A stretch of DNA of 64,000 bases from Gaiellaceae bacterium (GTDB lineage: Bacteria > Actinomycetota > Thermoleophilia > Gaiellales > Gaiellaceae), in assembly GCA_035518635.1 (NCBI GenBank), contig DATIXI010000041.1, forward strand, positions 13,017-77,016, given 5' to 3'. Every line of letters begins with the position of its first letter. Position 1 is the stretch's first letter. Below the pieces are notes generated by a model. It had not been told where the DNA came from, did no database searches, and worked only from the letters and a program-made list of their open reading frames with translations. The position numbers and the translations under genes were made by a program. This document shows, piece after piece, positions 35,379-44,550 of the stretch.

Positions 35379-35651
35379 ATGAGCGCTCCGCCGGGACCGA
35401 GGACCATGGTCTGCGATCTCGACGGGGTGGCGGCGGATGCCTGCACGATCGACGCGCTCGCCCGGCTCCAGCTCGCCGCACGGCGACTCGGCCTCGAGCT
35501 GCGGTTGCGTCGCGTATCCGGTGAGCTCACGGAGCTCATCGCGTTCGCCGGCCTAGGGGACGTGCTCCTCGAGCCGGGCCGGGAGGCCGAAGAGCGGGAA
35601 GAGCCGCTCCGTGCCGAGGAAGAACGTGAGCTCCGCGATCCCGCCGCCTGA
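35379..35651 (+). CDS. Possible short STAS-like (anti-sigma antagonist fold) protein
   Basis: [52 protein letters not shown] resembles short actinobacterial STAS-domain ORFs. The last ~100 nt overlap the convergent sigma-factor gene. Confidence 0.4.
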   Translation: MSAPPGPRTMVCDLDGVAADACTIDALARLQLAARRLGLELRLRRVSGELTELIAFAGLGDVLLEPGREAEEREEPLRAEEERELRDPAA

Positions 35652-36524
35652 GAGCTCGATCACCTGCAGGGCCCATGGCTCATGGCCTCCGGCCGGATCC
35701 GGCTTGTACTGCCCGAACGCGGGCGACCCGTTCGCCGCAGTGGTCGGGATCACGCGCGAGCCGCGGCAGCCGATCCCGGGCCCGAACCACCAGGTGAAGA
35801 TGTCGTCGCGGCCCGAGAGCCAGAGGTCGAACGGCGGCATCGATTGCGTCGCGTCCTCGCGGATCACCTTCGTGAGCGCCTCGATGTCGTAGCGCTCGAA
35901 CGCCTTGACGTAGCGCTCGAGCAGCTCGCGCTCGGCGGGGCCGAGCTCCGCGGCCGGGTCGGAGAGGTCCGTCGAGTCGAGCGTCGTGCGGGCGCGCTGC
36001 AACGCGCTGTTCACCGAGGCGACGCTGGTCTCGAGCAGCTCCGCGACCTCCCTCGCGCGCCAGCGCAGCACCTCGCGCAGGATCAGCACCGCGCGCTGTC
36101 GCGGTGGCAGGTGCTGCAGCGCGGCGACGAACGCGAGGCGGATGGTCTCCCGCTCGACCGCGGCCTCCGCGGGATCGGTCGGGATCGGCTCGATCCAGGT
36201 CACCTCGGGCAGCTCGTGCAGGTTCTCGAGCACCGGCTCTCCTGCAGGGCCGAGGTCCATCGGGCGTGCGCGGCGCTTGCGGTTCTCGAGCTGGTCGAGG
36301 CAGACGTTCGTCGCGATCCGGAAGAGCCACGAGCGCAGCGCCGCCCGCCCCTCGAAGCGCTCGAGCCCGCGCCACGCGCGGAGGAGTGTCTCCTGCACGG
36401 CGTCCTCGGCCTCGAACGGCGAGCCCAGCATGCGGTAGCAGTACCCCGTCAGCTCGTGGCGGTGCTCTTCCAGCTCGTCCGGGCGGGGAGTGACGGTGAG
36501 CGTCCGCTCCTGCACGACCTCCAT
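35553..36524 (-). CDS. ECF-type sigma-70 factor with C-terminal SnoaL-like extension (SigG/TIGR02960-like)
   Basis: Region 2 ([26 protein letters not shown]), region 4 ([26 protein letters not shown]), then ~150 aa with an NTF2-like pattern. Confidence 0.85.
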   Translation of the reverse strand: MEVVQERTLTVTPRPDELEEHRHELTGYCYRMLGSPFEAEDAVQETLLRAWRGLERFEGRAALRSWLFRIATNVCLDQLENRKRRARPMDLGPAGEPVLENLHELPEVTWIEPIPTDPAEAAVERETIRLAFVAALQHLPPRQRAVLILREVLRWRAREVAELLETSVASVNSALQRARTTLDSTDLSDPAAELGPAERELLERYVKAFERYDIEALTKVIREDATQSMPPFDLWLSGRDDIFTWWFGPGIGCRGSRVIPTTAANGSPAFGQYKPDPAGGHEPWALQVIELSGGGIAELTFFLGTERLFPLFGLPARLEEHVP

Positions 36525-36663
36525 CCTAGGTAGAGACGGTCGCGTGGCCGAGAACTCATCGCCCGCAGATCAGTAGATCGCAGCAGGGACATTCAGCGTG
36601 CGCCCCGATGCCATCACGCTCCGTCTGCGTCAACGTGACGTTGTGCACGAACCCGGGAGGTGA

Positions 36664-37044
36664 GTGATGGGTACGACCACCGACGGGAGAAGGGCTGAGA
36701 CATCGCTCAAGCCGCTGAGCGATGAGGAGGAGCTGCGGCAGGAGGCGATCGCGAGCTTGAAGCGAAAGCGCCGCTTTACGGACGATGCGGTCGCCTACGT
36801 TGCCGTCAACGGGGTGCTCTGGCTGATCTGGGCACTCACCGACCGCTCGCTCGACGGCGGCATGCCCTGGCCTGCCTGGGTGTCCGTGATCTGGGGCTTC
36901 CTACTCGCGCTGGACGCGTTGAAGGCGTTCATCTTGTGGCCTCGCAGCCTGCACGGGCCGCTGACCGAGGGCGACGTGGCCCGCGAGATGGAGCGCTGGA
37001 AGCGGACCGGAACCAGGAGATCGCGACCGACGCCGATCATCTGA
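36664..37044 (+). CDS. 2TM domain-containing membrane protein
   Basis: LKRKRRFTDDAVAYVAVNGVLWLIWAL...WPAWVSVIWGFLLALDALKAF pattern. Confidence 0.7.
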   Translation: MMGTTTDGRRAETSLKPLSDEEELRQEAIASLKRKRRFTDDAVAYVAVNGVLWLIWALTDRSLDGGMPWPAWVSVIWGFLLALDALKAFILWPRSLHGPLTEGDVAREMERWKRTGTRRSRPTPII

Positions 37045-37123
37045 CGTTCGCTCGCTGCTAATCGGGAGCTAGGCTCGGCTGGTGCCTGCCGCAGCGGGCG
37101 GCCGAGATTCCATGGCCAACCCG

Positions 37124-37291
37124 CTACCAGTTGCGGCTGGATCGAGTCCTCGGGAGGGGCGACGAATGCTCGTCGCGTAGGCGCTTCACCTCTTCTTGCT
37201 CGTGCGTGCTCAGCGAGCCCTCGTCGGCCGCTATCCGTTCGCGCTCCCGTTCCCGGGACGCCCGAACCCAGTTCCTCAACCTCCTGAGCAT
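37124..37291 (-). CDS. Possible small charged protein (55 aa), hypothetical
   Basis: ORF from ATG 37291 with about 80% G/C in third positions by my count. No recognisable motif and a weak SD. Confidence 0.25.
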   Translation of the reverse strand: MLRRLRNWVRASRERERERIAADEGSLSTHEQEEVKRLRDEHSSPLPRTRSSRNW

Positions 37292-37411
37292 GCTCCCGTC
37301 ACGTCTCCTCGCTCCAAGTGGCGCCAGCACGGCGAGTCTGCGCTTCTGTCGTTCAGCCGTCAAGCTCGAGCCCTGTGGCCTGCACTCCAAGCGGGACGCT
37401 AGGCTCGGCAG

Positions 37412-39022
37412 ATGCCTGCCGGGACTCTCACGATGACCTTCACCTCCGGCGACGGGCTGCTCCTAACCGGCCTGCTCGCCGCCGGGCTCGTCCTGCTCTC
37501 GATCTCCCAGTTCGTGCGGGTGCCCTACCCGATCCTGCTCGTGCTGGGCGGGCTCGTGATCGCGTTCATCCCGGGGATGCCGCACATCGAGCTCCCGCCC
37601 GACCTCGTCCTCGTCGCCGTCCTTCCTCCCCTCCTCTACGGGCTGGCGTTCTTCGCCTCGCTGCGCGAGCTGCGCGCGAACATCAAGCCGATCGGCCTGC
37701 TCGCCGTCGGGCTCGTCCTGATGACGACGGTCGCCATCGCGGTGGTGGCTCACGAGACGATCGGGCTGGGGTGGCCCGAGGCATTCGTGCTCGGGGCGAT
37801 CGTCTCGCCCACGGACCCGACGGCGGCCACCGCGATCGGCCAGCGCCTGGGCCTGCCGAGACGCCTGCTCGCGATCATCGAGGGCGAGAGCCTCGTCAAC
37901 GACGGGACCGCCCTCGTCGCCTACAAGTTCGCGGTCGCGGCCGTCCTGACCGGCACGTTCTCGCTGGGCATGGCCGCGGGCCGCTTCGTGCTCAGCGTCA
38001 CCGGCGGGATCGCGATCGGGCTCGCCGTCGGCTACCTCGTCCGGCAGCTGCGCAAGCGGCTCGACAACCCGCCGGTCGAGATCACGGTCTCACTCCTGAC
38101 CGGCTACTTCGCGTTTCTCCCGGCCCAGGCCGCCGGCGTCTCCGGGGTGCTCGCCGCGGTCACCGTCGGCATCTACATGGGCTGGCACACGCCCGAGCTG
38201 ACGACCGCGCAGACCCGGCTCCAGGGTCAAGCCGTCTGGGAGATGGTCTTCCTCGTCCTGAACGCGCTGCTGTTCGCGCTCCTCGGCCTCCAGCTGCCGC
38301 AGATCGTGGACTCGCTCTCGGGCTACTCGACCGCGACGCTGATCGGCTACGCGGCCCTCGTCAGCGGCGTCGTCATCGGGGCGCGAATCGTCTGGGTCTT
38401 CTTCACCCAGTACTGCCCGCACGCCCTCAGCCACTGGGCCCGCCGGCACGATCCCATGCCTTCCTGGAAGGCGAAGGCGGTGCTCGGCTGGTGCGGGATG
38501 CGAGGAGCGGTCTCGCTGGCCGCGGCGCTCGCGCTGCCGTTGACGACCGACGCGGGAGGCGCGTTCCCGGGTCGCAACCTGATCGTCTTCCTGACGTTCT
38601 CGGTGATCCTGACGACGCTCCTGCTCCAGGGCCTGACGCTGCCGCGCCTCATCCAGGCGCTCGATCTCGACGACGGCGGTCTCGCGGACAAGGAAGAGGC
38701 GAGAGCGCGCATCCACGCGTCCGAGGCGGCGCTCGTGCGGCTCGAAGAGCTGATCGCGGAGGAGTGGGTCCGGGAGGACACGGCCGAGCGGATGCGGGGC
38801 CTGTACCAGTTCCGCAGCCAGCGCTTCCAGGAGCGCTACGACCCCGACGGCGACGGCTCGGTCGAGAGCCGCTCGGTCAACTACCAGCGCCTGCGACGCG
38901 AACTCCTGGATGCGGAGCGACAGGCCGTCGTGGACCTCCAGCGAGGCGGCGAGATCGACGACGAGGTCATGCGCCGCGTCGTCCGCGACCTCGATCTCGA
39001 GGACGCGCGCCTGGACGCCTAG
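37412..39022 (+). CDS. Na+/H+ antiporter (CPA1/NhaP type) with C-terminal cytoplasmic helical domain
   Basis: About 12 TM helices; AFVLGAIVSPTDPTAA and IEGESLVNDGTALV motifs. Confidence 0.85.
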   Translation: MPAGTLTMTFTSGDGLLLTGLLAAGLVLLSISQFVRVPYPILLVLGGLVIAFIPGMPHIELPPDLVLVAVLPPLLYGLAFFASLRELRANIKPIGLLAVGLVLMTTVAIAVVAHETIGLGWPEAFVLGAIVSPTDPTAATAIGQRLGLPRRLLAIIEGESLVNDGTALVAYKFAVAAVLTGTFSLGMAAGRFVLSVTGGIAIGLAVGYLVRQLRKRLDNPPVEITVSLLTGYFAFLPAQAAGVSGVLAAVTVGIYMGWHTPELTTAQTRLQGQAVWEMVFLVLNALLFALLGLQLPQIVDSLSGYSTATLIGYAALVSGVVIGARIVWVFFTQYCPHALSHWARRHDPMPSWKAKAVLGWCGMRGAVSLAAALALPLTTDAGGAFPGRNLIVFLTFSVILTTLLLQGLTLPRLIQALDLDDGGLADKEEARARIHASEAALVRLEELIAEEWVREDTAERMRGLYQFRSQRFQERYDPDGDGSVESRSVNYQRLRRELLDAERQAVVDLQRGGEIDDEVMRRVVRDLDLEDARLDA

Positions 39023-40383
39023 TCGGCGGGCCGTCCTCCGAAGTCGCGCACGAACGCGTCGAACACGCCATTCGTGTCGCCCGGCACGAGGACCGACGCG
39101 TACGAGGAGAACGCGAGGCGCCGGTCGTCCGCCGTGAAGGCGACGCCGCTCACCGAGCTCGCGTCGGCACCCTGGTTACCGCTCTGAGCGAGGCTGGCGA
39201 GGACCGTTCGGCCGGTCCGGAGGTCGCGGACGAAGACATCGGTGATGTCGTTCTCGTCGCCGGTGACCAGGTTCGACGCCAGGGAGGTGAACGCCACGTA
39301 ACGGCCGTCGGCACTGATGCTCAGGCCGCCGAGGTTCTCACCGTTCGCCTGACGCCCTCCGCTCGAGACGCTCACGCGCGTCGTCCGGTGCGTCCTCCGG
39401 TCGCGGAGGAAGATGTCGAACGTGCGGTTCGTGTCGCCAGTGACGAGATTGGTGTCCGCCGAGTGAAAGGCCACGTAGCGGCCGTCCGCGCTGATCGCCG
39501 GAGCATTGCTGCCGGTGAGGGTGCGGTCGCCCGTCCCCTGCTTGCCGGAGCTGGACACGCTCACGCGTTCTGTCCTGCCCGTTCGGCGGTCGCGGACGAA
39601 CACGTCGCTGAGCTTGTTGGTGTCGCCCGGGACGAGGTTGGTCGCCGAGGACTGGAACGCGACGTAGCGGCCGTGCGCGCTCAGGGCGGGCTCTGTGCTC
39701 TCGCAGTAGCTCGCCTTGCACCTCGCCTGAGCCCCACGGCTGTTTACGCTCACCCGCGTCGTCTTGCCGGTGGCGAGATCGCGCACGAAGACGTCCGAAA
39801 GCTTGTTGGTATCGCCGCGAACGAGGTTCGACGCGAGCGACATGAAGGCCGCGTAGCGGCCGTCCGCGCTGATTGTCGCGAACGAGCTCGGGCCATTCGC
39901 CTGGTGTCCCGCGCTGCTGACGCTGATGCGCTTCGTCACTCCGCTCGCCTGGTCGTGCAGGAACACGTCCTCCACGCGGTTCGTGTCGCCCCGAACGAGG
40001 TCCGCCGCGTCCGACTGGAAGACGACGTATCGCCCGCTGGCGCTGATCCCGCCCGCGGTCGAGCCGCCCCAGGGGTCGGAGCTCGGCGCGGCCTGGGCGC
40101 CGCTGCTCGAGACGCTTACGCGTGTCGTCGTGCCGGACGAGCGATCGTGCACGAAGACATCCCACCGGTCGTTCGTATCTCGCGGGACCAGATTTGTCGC
40201 CTGGGAGTTGATCAGGACGTAGCGGCCGTTCGCGCTGATGCCGGCCGCGTAGCTGTCCCGGTCACCCTGGAGGCCGCCGCTCGAGACGCTTGCGCGTGTC
40301 GTCGAGGGCGGAGCCGCGGCGGCGGCGGAGAGAGCCAGGAAGCCGAAAGCGATCGAGGTCAGGAGTGTTATCGCCTTTTCCAC
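39019..40383 (-). CDS. Exported beta-propeller protein made of ~8 PD40/TolB-like repeats
   Basis: GTG 40383 lies 5 nt after GAAGGAGGA. Signal peptide VEKAITLLTSIAFGFLALSAAAAA. The unit RVSVSS.G.Q.NG.S...ISADGRYVAF.S.A.NLV.GDTN...DVFVRD repeats 8 times. Confidence 0.8.
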   Translation of the reverse strand: MEKAITLLTSIAFGFLALSAAAAAPPSTTRASVSSGGLQGDRDSYAAGISANGRYVLINSQATNLVPRDTNDRWDVFVHDRSSGTTTRVSVSSSGAQAAPSSDPWGGSTAGGISASGRYVVFQSDAADLVRGDTNRVEDVFLHDQASGVTKRISVSSAGHQANGPSSFATISADGRYAAFMSLASNLVRGDTNKLSDVFVRDLATGKTTRVSVNSRGAQARCKASYCESTEPALSAHGRYVAFQSSATNLVPGDTNKLSDVFVRDRRTGRTERVSVSSSGKQGTGDRTLTGSNAPAISADGRYVAFHSADTNLVTGDTNRTFDIFLRDRRTHRTTRVSVSSGGRQANGENLGGLSISADGRYVAFTSLASNLVTGDENDITDVFVRDLRTGRTVLASLAQSGNQGADASSVSGVAFTADDRRLAFSSYASVLVPGDTNGVFDAFVRDFGGRPAD

Positions 40384-40423
40384 GGGGTCCTCCTTCGTTG
40401 TCGAGCCCATGCTCGTCCGACTC

Positions 40424-40459
40424 GGCAACAGGCCCGTCACGGCCAGGTAACGGTTTCGC
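40424..40459 (-). promoter_or_regulatory. Shared 36-nt cis element, copy S1 (40 nt upstream of the PD40-repeat gene)
   Basis: Gene-direction sequence GCGAAACCGTTACCTGGCCGTGACGGGCCTGTTGCC. Confidence 0.55.
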
Positions 40460-40474
40460 GACAGATTCCGCGGC

Positions 40475-41983
40475 TCAGCGCGAAGGCGTGAACGCCGCGC
40501 CGTCGGCAAAGCCGGGGTCGCCGCCCCAGACCAGCAGCGAACGTCCAGTCCACACGCCGACGGGGTCGAGGCGGCCGCGCAGCGGCGCCTGTGGAAGCGC
40601 CGACCATCTGTCGGCCCTCGGGTCGTACGCGAGGCCGTGAGGGGGAATCACGAAGCGTCCCGGGTTGCCGGTCTCGCCGCCCCAGAGAAGGAGCTGCTTC
40701 CCGGTCCAGGCCACTGCTGCCCTGGCCCGGCCGGTGTCCATCGGGGGGAGCGCTCGCCAACGGTTCGCCACAGGGTCGTAGGCGAAGCCGGTTGCCGGCG
40801 CGTTCCTCCCGCCGACGACGAGGAGCTCGCTTCCGTCCCAGACGGCGGTGGCACCCGACCGCGCCTCCGGCATGGATGCGAGCCGCCGCCAGCCGTTCGT
40901 CCCCGGGTTGTACGCGGCCGTGCGCGCGCCGGAGACGACGACGAGCTCGCGCCCGGTCCAGGCCCCGGCCGAGGCGGGGCCGCCGCGCAGCGGCGCCGGC
41001 GGCAGGCTGCGCCAGTGGTCCGTTGCGGGCCGGTAGGCGGCGGCGCCGTTGCCGGTCCAGCCGATCAGCTCGCGGCCCGTCCAGACGGCCACCGCGGGTG
41101 CGAGCGCTGCGGGCGGCGAGGCAAGTCCCCTCCAACGGCCCGTCCCGGGATCGAACGCTTCCAGAGCGCCCCTCGTCCAGACCAGCAGCTCCTTGCCCGT
41201 CCAGACCGCGCGGAACCCTCCCCGGCCCGGAGGCGGCTGCAGCCGGCGCCAGGCGTTGATGCTCGGGTCGTAGGCCGTGAAGACGGGTGCGTTCCCGACG
41301 CGCCCGAGGACGAGCAGCTCCCGGCCCGTCCAGACGCTCGCGCGATTCGTTGGCGCAGCGACCGGCGCTCGGGCCAGAAGGTGCCACGTCCCCGGCAGCG
41401 GCGGTGCGAGCGGGCCGAGCGTCGCGTAATCGCTGCGGCCGACCGGATGGTCGAGCACGACGCCCCCACCCGAGGAGACGTCGACAGGGGAGCCGTCGAG
41501 CTCGAAGCGAACGGCTTTGACCGTCGGGAACTGCGTGAGCGTGTAGACGACCTGGGCGAGACGGAGCTGCAGAGAGCGGGCGCTTGCGCTTGCCTCGTAG
41601 TTCGATGTGAGGTCGACCTTGGCGACCCGGTTTGCGATCGTGACGCCGAGCAGGCGCGTCCCGGACGGGATCGCTGTCGTGAGGCCGGCTGTTCGCTCGG
41701 CCGGGGTCGGTCCGGCGAGGAGCGCTTGAGCGGCGGCCGTCGCGACGCGCGGCGTGGGCCTGTGCGTTCGAAGTGCCTCCACGAGCCGGCCGTGGTGCGT
41801 GAACCAGACCTCGAGAGAGCGGGAGCTCGACAGCGCTCCCGTGGGCTGCGCCGCCTGGGTGGAGGTCGCCTGCCGCGGTGGCTGCCCGAGGGAGACGGCG
41901 TTGTCCGATCCGCCGCCGGAGAGCAAGAGCCACACAGCGACGCCCACTGCCGCGAGAGCTGAGGCTGCGAGCAGTGCCTTCAC
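40475..41983 (-). CDS. Membrane-anchored GerMN domain + Kelch-like beta-propeller protein
   Basis: N-terminal anchor VKALLAASALAAVGVAVWLLL. GerMN-like segment (LEVWF..., ALLAGPTPAERTAGLTTAIPSGTRLLGVTI..., VAKVDLT, VYTLTQFPTVKAVRFELDG). Then about 6 repeats of AVWTG.ELLV.GG...AYDP....WR.L. The start (GTG 41983) is uncertain. Confidence 0.7.
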   Translation of the reverse strand: MKALLAASALAAVGVAVWLLLSGGGSDNAVSLGQPPRQATSTQAAQPTGALSSSRSLEVWFTHHGRLVEALRTHRPTPRVATAAAQALLAGPTPAERTAGLTTAIPSGTRLLGVTIANRVAKVDLTSNYEASASARSLQLRLAQVVYTLTQFPTVKAVRFELDGSPVDVSSGGGVVLDHPVGRSDYATLGPLAPPLPGTWHLLARAPVAAPTNRASVWTGRELLVLGRVGNAPVFTAYDPSINAWRRLQPPPGRGGFRAVWTGKELLVWTRGALEAFDPGTGRWRGLASPPAALAPAVAVWTGRELIGWTGNGAAAYRPATDHWRSLPPAPLRGGPASAGAWTGRELVVVSGARTAAYNPGTNGWRRLASMPEARSGATAVWDGSELLVVGGRNAPATGFAYDPVANRWRALPPMDTGRARAAVAWTGKQLLLWGGETGNPGRFVIPPHGLAYDPRADRWSALPQAPLRGRLDPVGVWTGRSLLVWGGDPGFADGAAFTPSR

Positions 41984-42006
41984 GAGGCTCAGACTACGCC
42001 GCGCGC

Positions 42007-43128
42007 TCAGTGGAGCTCCGGCGTCAGCGCTGCTCCGTCGGCGTTGCTCCAGACGATCAGCTGGTGGCCCGTCCAAGCCGCGGTCTGGCCGGAGCCGAGG
42101 ACCGGAATCCGGGGAAGGCTCGACCAGCGATCCGCCTTGGGGTCGTACGCCAGCGCACGAAGCGCCTCGCCGCCGCCGAGGACGAGCAGACGGCTCCCCG
42201 TCCAGAATGCGCCAACCGGCGTCAGCGCCCTTGGCGGCGGCGCGAGGCGGCGCCAGCGGTTCGCCGCCAGGTTGTACGCCATGGCCGTGTTCGAGCGCCC
42301 GCTTCCCTTGCCGAGGACGAGCAGTTCGCCGCCGTCCCAGGCGGCGGTGCCGCCGTAGCGGAGGTCGGCCGCGGGCGGCGCCGCAAGCCTGCGCCACGTG
42401 TCGGCGGCAGGATCGTAGGCGGCTGCCCGGGCGAGCCTTGCCGGGTAGGGCTTTCCGTCCGGGCTGAAGCCGCTGACGACCACGACGAGCTGATGGCCGG
42501 TCCAGGCGCCAAGGGGGCCCTGGGAGGGCGCGAGCGGCGAGCGAGCGAAGTGGCGGTACGCGTTTGTCCCGGGGTCATAGGCGAGGCCGTCGCCCCAGGC
42601 GTCACCGCAGCAACCGCCGCCCCAACCGATCGCCTCACGGCCGGTCCAGACGACGAGCCCACCGCCCACAGACCTTCGCAGCGTCCGCCAGGACTTCGTC
42701 TGTGGGTCGTAGGCAACCGAGTGGAAGGCGCCGAAGGCGAGCATTTCCTTGCCGGTCCAGACCGCGTGGTACTCGGGCACGTAGCCAGGGCCCGGGGGCG
42801 GAGAAAGCCGTGTCCAGTGCCTCGAGGCAGGGTCGTACGACTCGGCGGCGTCGACCGACTTCACGACGTAGGGAGCACCGCGGGAGTCGAGCGCCGTCAT
42901 GTTGCGACGGCCGAAAAGGATCAGCTTGTCGCCCGTCCAGACGCTCGTGGACTCCCCGTCGAGCTTGACCGGGGCAGTCGGAAGCGTCCGCCAGAGCGGG
43001 ACTCTGGCGGAGCGCTCCGAAGGGGCTCCTCCGCAGGCGACGAGCAGGAACGCGAGCGAGCTGCCGAGACCCAGCACGGTCGCGACGACGACGAGCTTCT
43101 TGACGAGCGCTTCGGTTGCAGGTGACAT
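42007..43128 (-). CDS. Kelch-like-repeat lipoprotein
   Basis: ATG 43128 lies 6 nt after GAGGAGG. Lipobox LLVAC-GG. Repeats of (A/V)WTG.(E/K)L......AYDP....W..L. Confidence 0.75.
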   Translation of the reverse strand: MSPATEALVKKLVVVATVLGLGSSLAFLLVACGGAPSERSARVPLWRTLPTAPVKLDGESTSVWTGDKLILFGRRNMTALDSRGAPYVVKSVDAAESYDPASRHWTRLSPPPGPGYVPEYHAVWTGKEMLAFGAFHSVAYDPQTKSWRTLRRSVGGGLVVWTGREAIGWGGGCCGDAWGDGLAYDPGTNAYRHFARSPLAPSQGPLGAWTGHQLVVVVSGFSPDGKPYPARLARAAAYDPAADTWRRLAAPPAADLRYGGTAAWDGGELLVLGKGSGRSNTAMAYNLAANRWRRLAPPPRALTPVGAFWTGSRLLVLGGGEALRALAYDPKADRWSSLPRIPVLGSGQTAAWTGHQLIVWSNADGAALTPELH

Positions 43129-43179
43129 CGCGACCTCCTCGGGCTGCATGGACGTTGCGATCCCATGCTGCTGCGCGCC

Positions 43180-43215
43180 CGCAACGCACCCGTTACGGGC
43201 GCGTAACGGTTCTGC
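43180..43215 (-). promoter_or_regulatory. Shared 36-nt cis element, copy S2 (51 nt upstream of the Kelch-like lipoprotein gene, 12 nt after the kinase stop)
   Basis: Gene-direction sequence GCAGAACCGTTACGCGCCCGTAACGGGTGCGTTGCG. It contains the perfect inverted repeat CCGTTAC-N6-GTAACGG. Confidence 0.55.
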
Positions 43216-43227
43216 AACGGGCGCCCG

Positions 43228-44550
43228 CTAGAGACGGAACGTGAACCGCGTGCCCTGGCCGGGCTCGCTCCGGACCTGGATCTCGCCGCCGAGCAGCCTC
43301 GCGTTCTCCTGGGCGATCGCGAGCCCCAGGCCCGAGCCGTGCCCTGCCCTTGCCGGATCCGCCTTGTAGAAGCGCTCGAACAGGTGCGGCAGGTGCTCCG
43401 CCGGGATCCCCGGCCCTCTGTCGGCGACTTCGACGAGCGCGCCGCCGTCATCGGGCCGGACCCGGACGTCGACGCCGTCGCCGCCGTGCTCGAGGGCGTT
43501 GCCCACGAGGTTCGACACGATCCGCTCGTACCGCCGCGGGTCGGTCGTCACGGGTGCCTCCTCCGCGTCGAGGCCCACGCGCCCGTCCCATCCGCGCGAC
43601 TGCAGGATCGCCGCCGTGAGCGCGGCGAGCTCAACCTGCTCGTCGTGCACGCTCTCGGCGCCGGCATCGAGCCGGGAGATCTCCATCAGCTCCTCGACGA
43701 GCCGTCGCAGGCGACCGACATCCGAGATCAACAGCTCGGCGGGACGGCGCGACTCCGGAGGCATTCGCTCGAGCTGCTGGGCGAGGAGGGAGGCCTCGCC
43801 GACGAGCCCGGTCAACGGCGTGCGCAGCTCGTGCGCGACGTCCGCCGTGAAGCGGCGCTCGCGAGCCTGCGCCTCGTTCAGCGCTTCGATCTTCGTCTCG
43901 AGGGCCGCCGCCATCTCGTTGAACGCCTGCGCCCAGGCGCCGAACTCGTCGCGCCCCTCGACCGGGAGGCGTGTTTCCAGCAGACCCTCGGCGACGGAGT
44001 GAGCGGCGACACTCGCCTGCGCCACCGGGCGAAGCGTCCGGCGCGCGAGCAGCGCCCCGGCCAGCGCCGCGAGCACGACGACGATCGCGAGCCCGGCTAG
44101 GAGGATGTTGCGCAGGACGATCAGCTCGTGGCGGAGACCCTCCTCGGAGAAGAAGAAGTAGAGGTCCCTCCCGGCGGCCGGCCCCCCGACCACGAGGTAA
44201 TGCGTGCCCGCGACGGTCCCACGCTGATACCCGAGCCGCCCCTCCTGGACGAGCTTCCGCAGCTTCGCCGGCACGGCGGGCAGGCCGACGGAGAAGCTGG
44301 ACTGGAACGTGCGCCCGCGGTCGATCCCGACCGTCTCGAACCCACGCCCTTCGAACGCATTCAGCAGCGCGTCCGAGCTCTCGTAGTCGGGCGCGATCTC
44401 GAGGTTGCGCCGCGCTTGCTGCGCGGACGAGTGCACGGAGTCGGCCCGCAGGTTGTGCCGCACGACGACGTACGAGCCGATCGCGAGCGCGGCAGCCCCC
44501 GCGCCCACCGCGAGCACGAACGCGATCGTCAGCCGGCGGCGAAAGGGCAT
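43228..44550 (-). CDS. Sensor histidine kinase (2 TM, HAMP, HisKA, HATPase_c), MtrB-like position
   Basis: H-box ADVAHELRTPLT, N-box NLVGNALEH, G-boxes DRGPGI and GLGLAIA. ATG 44550 overlaps the regulator stop (ATGA). Confidence 0.85.
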   Translation of the reverse strand: MPFRRRLTIAFVLAVGAGAAALAIGSYVVVRHNLRADSVHSSAQQARRNLEIAPDYESSDALLNAFEGRGFETVGIDRGRTFQSSFSVGLPAVPAKLRKLVQEGRLGYQRGTVAGTHYLVVGGPAAGRDLYFFFSEEGLRHELIVLRNILLAGLAIVVVLAALAGALLARRTLRPVAQASVAAHSVAEGLLETRLPVEGRDEFGAWAQAFNEMAAALETKIEALNEAQARERRFTADVAHELRTPLTGLVGEASLLAQQLERMPPESRRPAELLISDVGRLRRLVEELMEISRLDAGAESVHDEQVELAALTAAILQSRGWDGRVGLDAEEAPVTTDPRRYERIVSNLVGNALEHGGDGVDVRVRPDDGGALVEVADRGPGIPAEHLPHLFERFYKADPARAGHGSGLGLAIAQENARLLGGEIQVRSEPGQGTRFTFRL

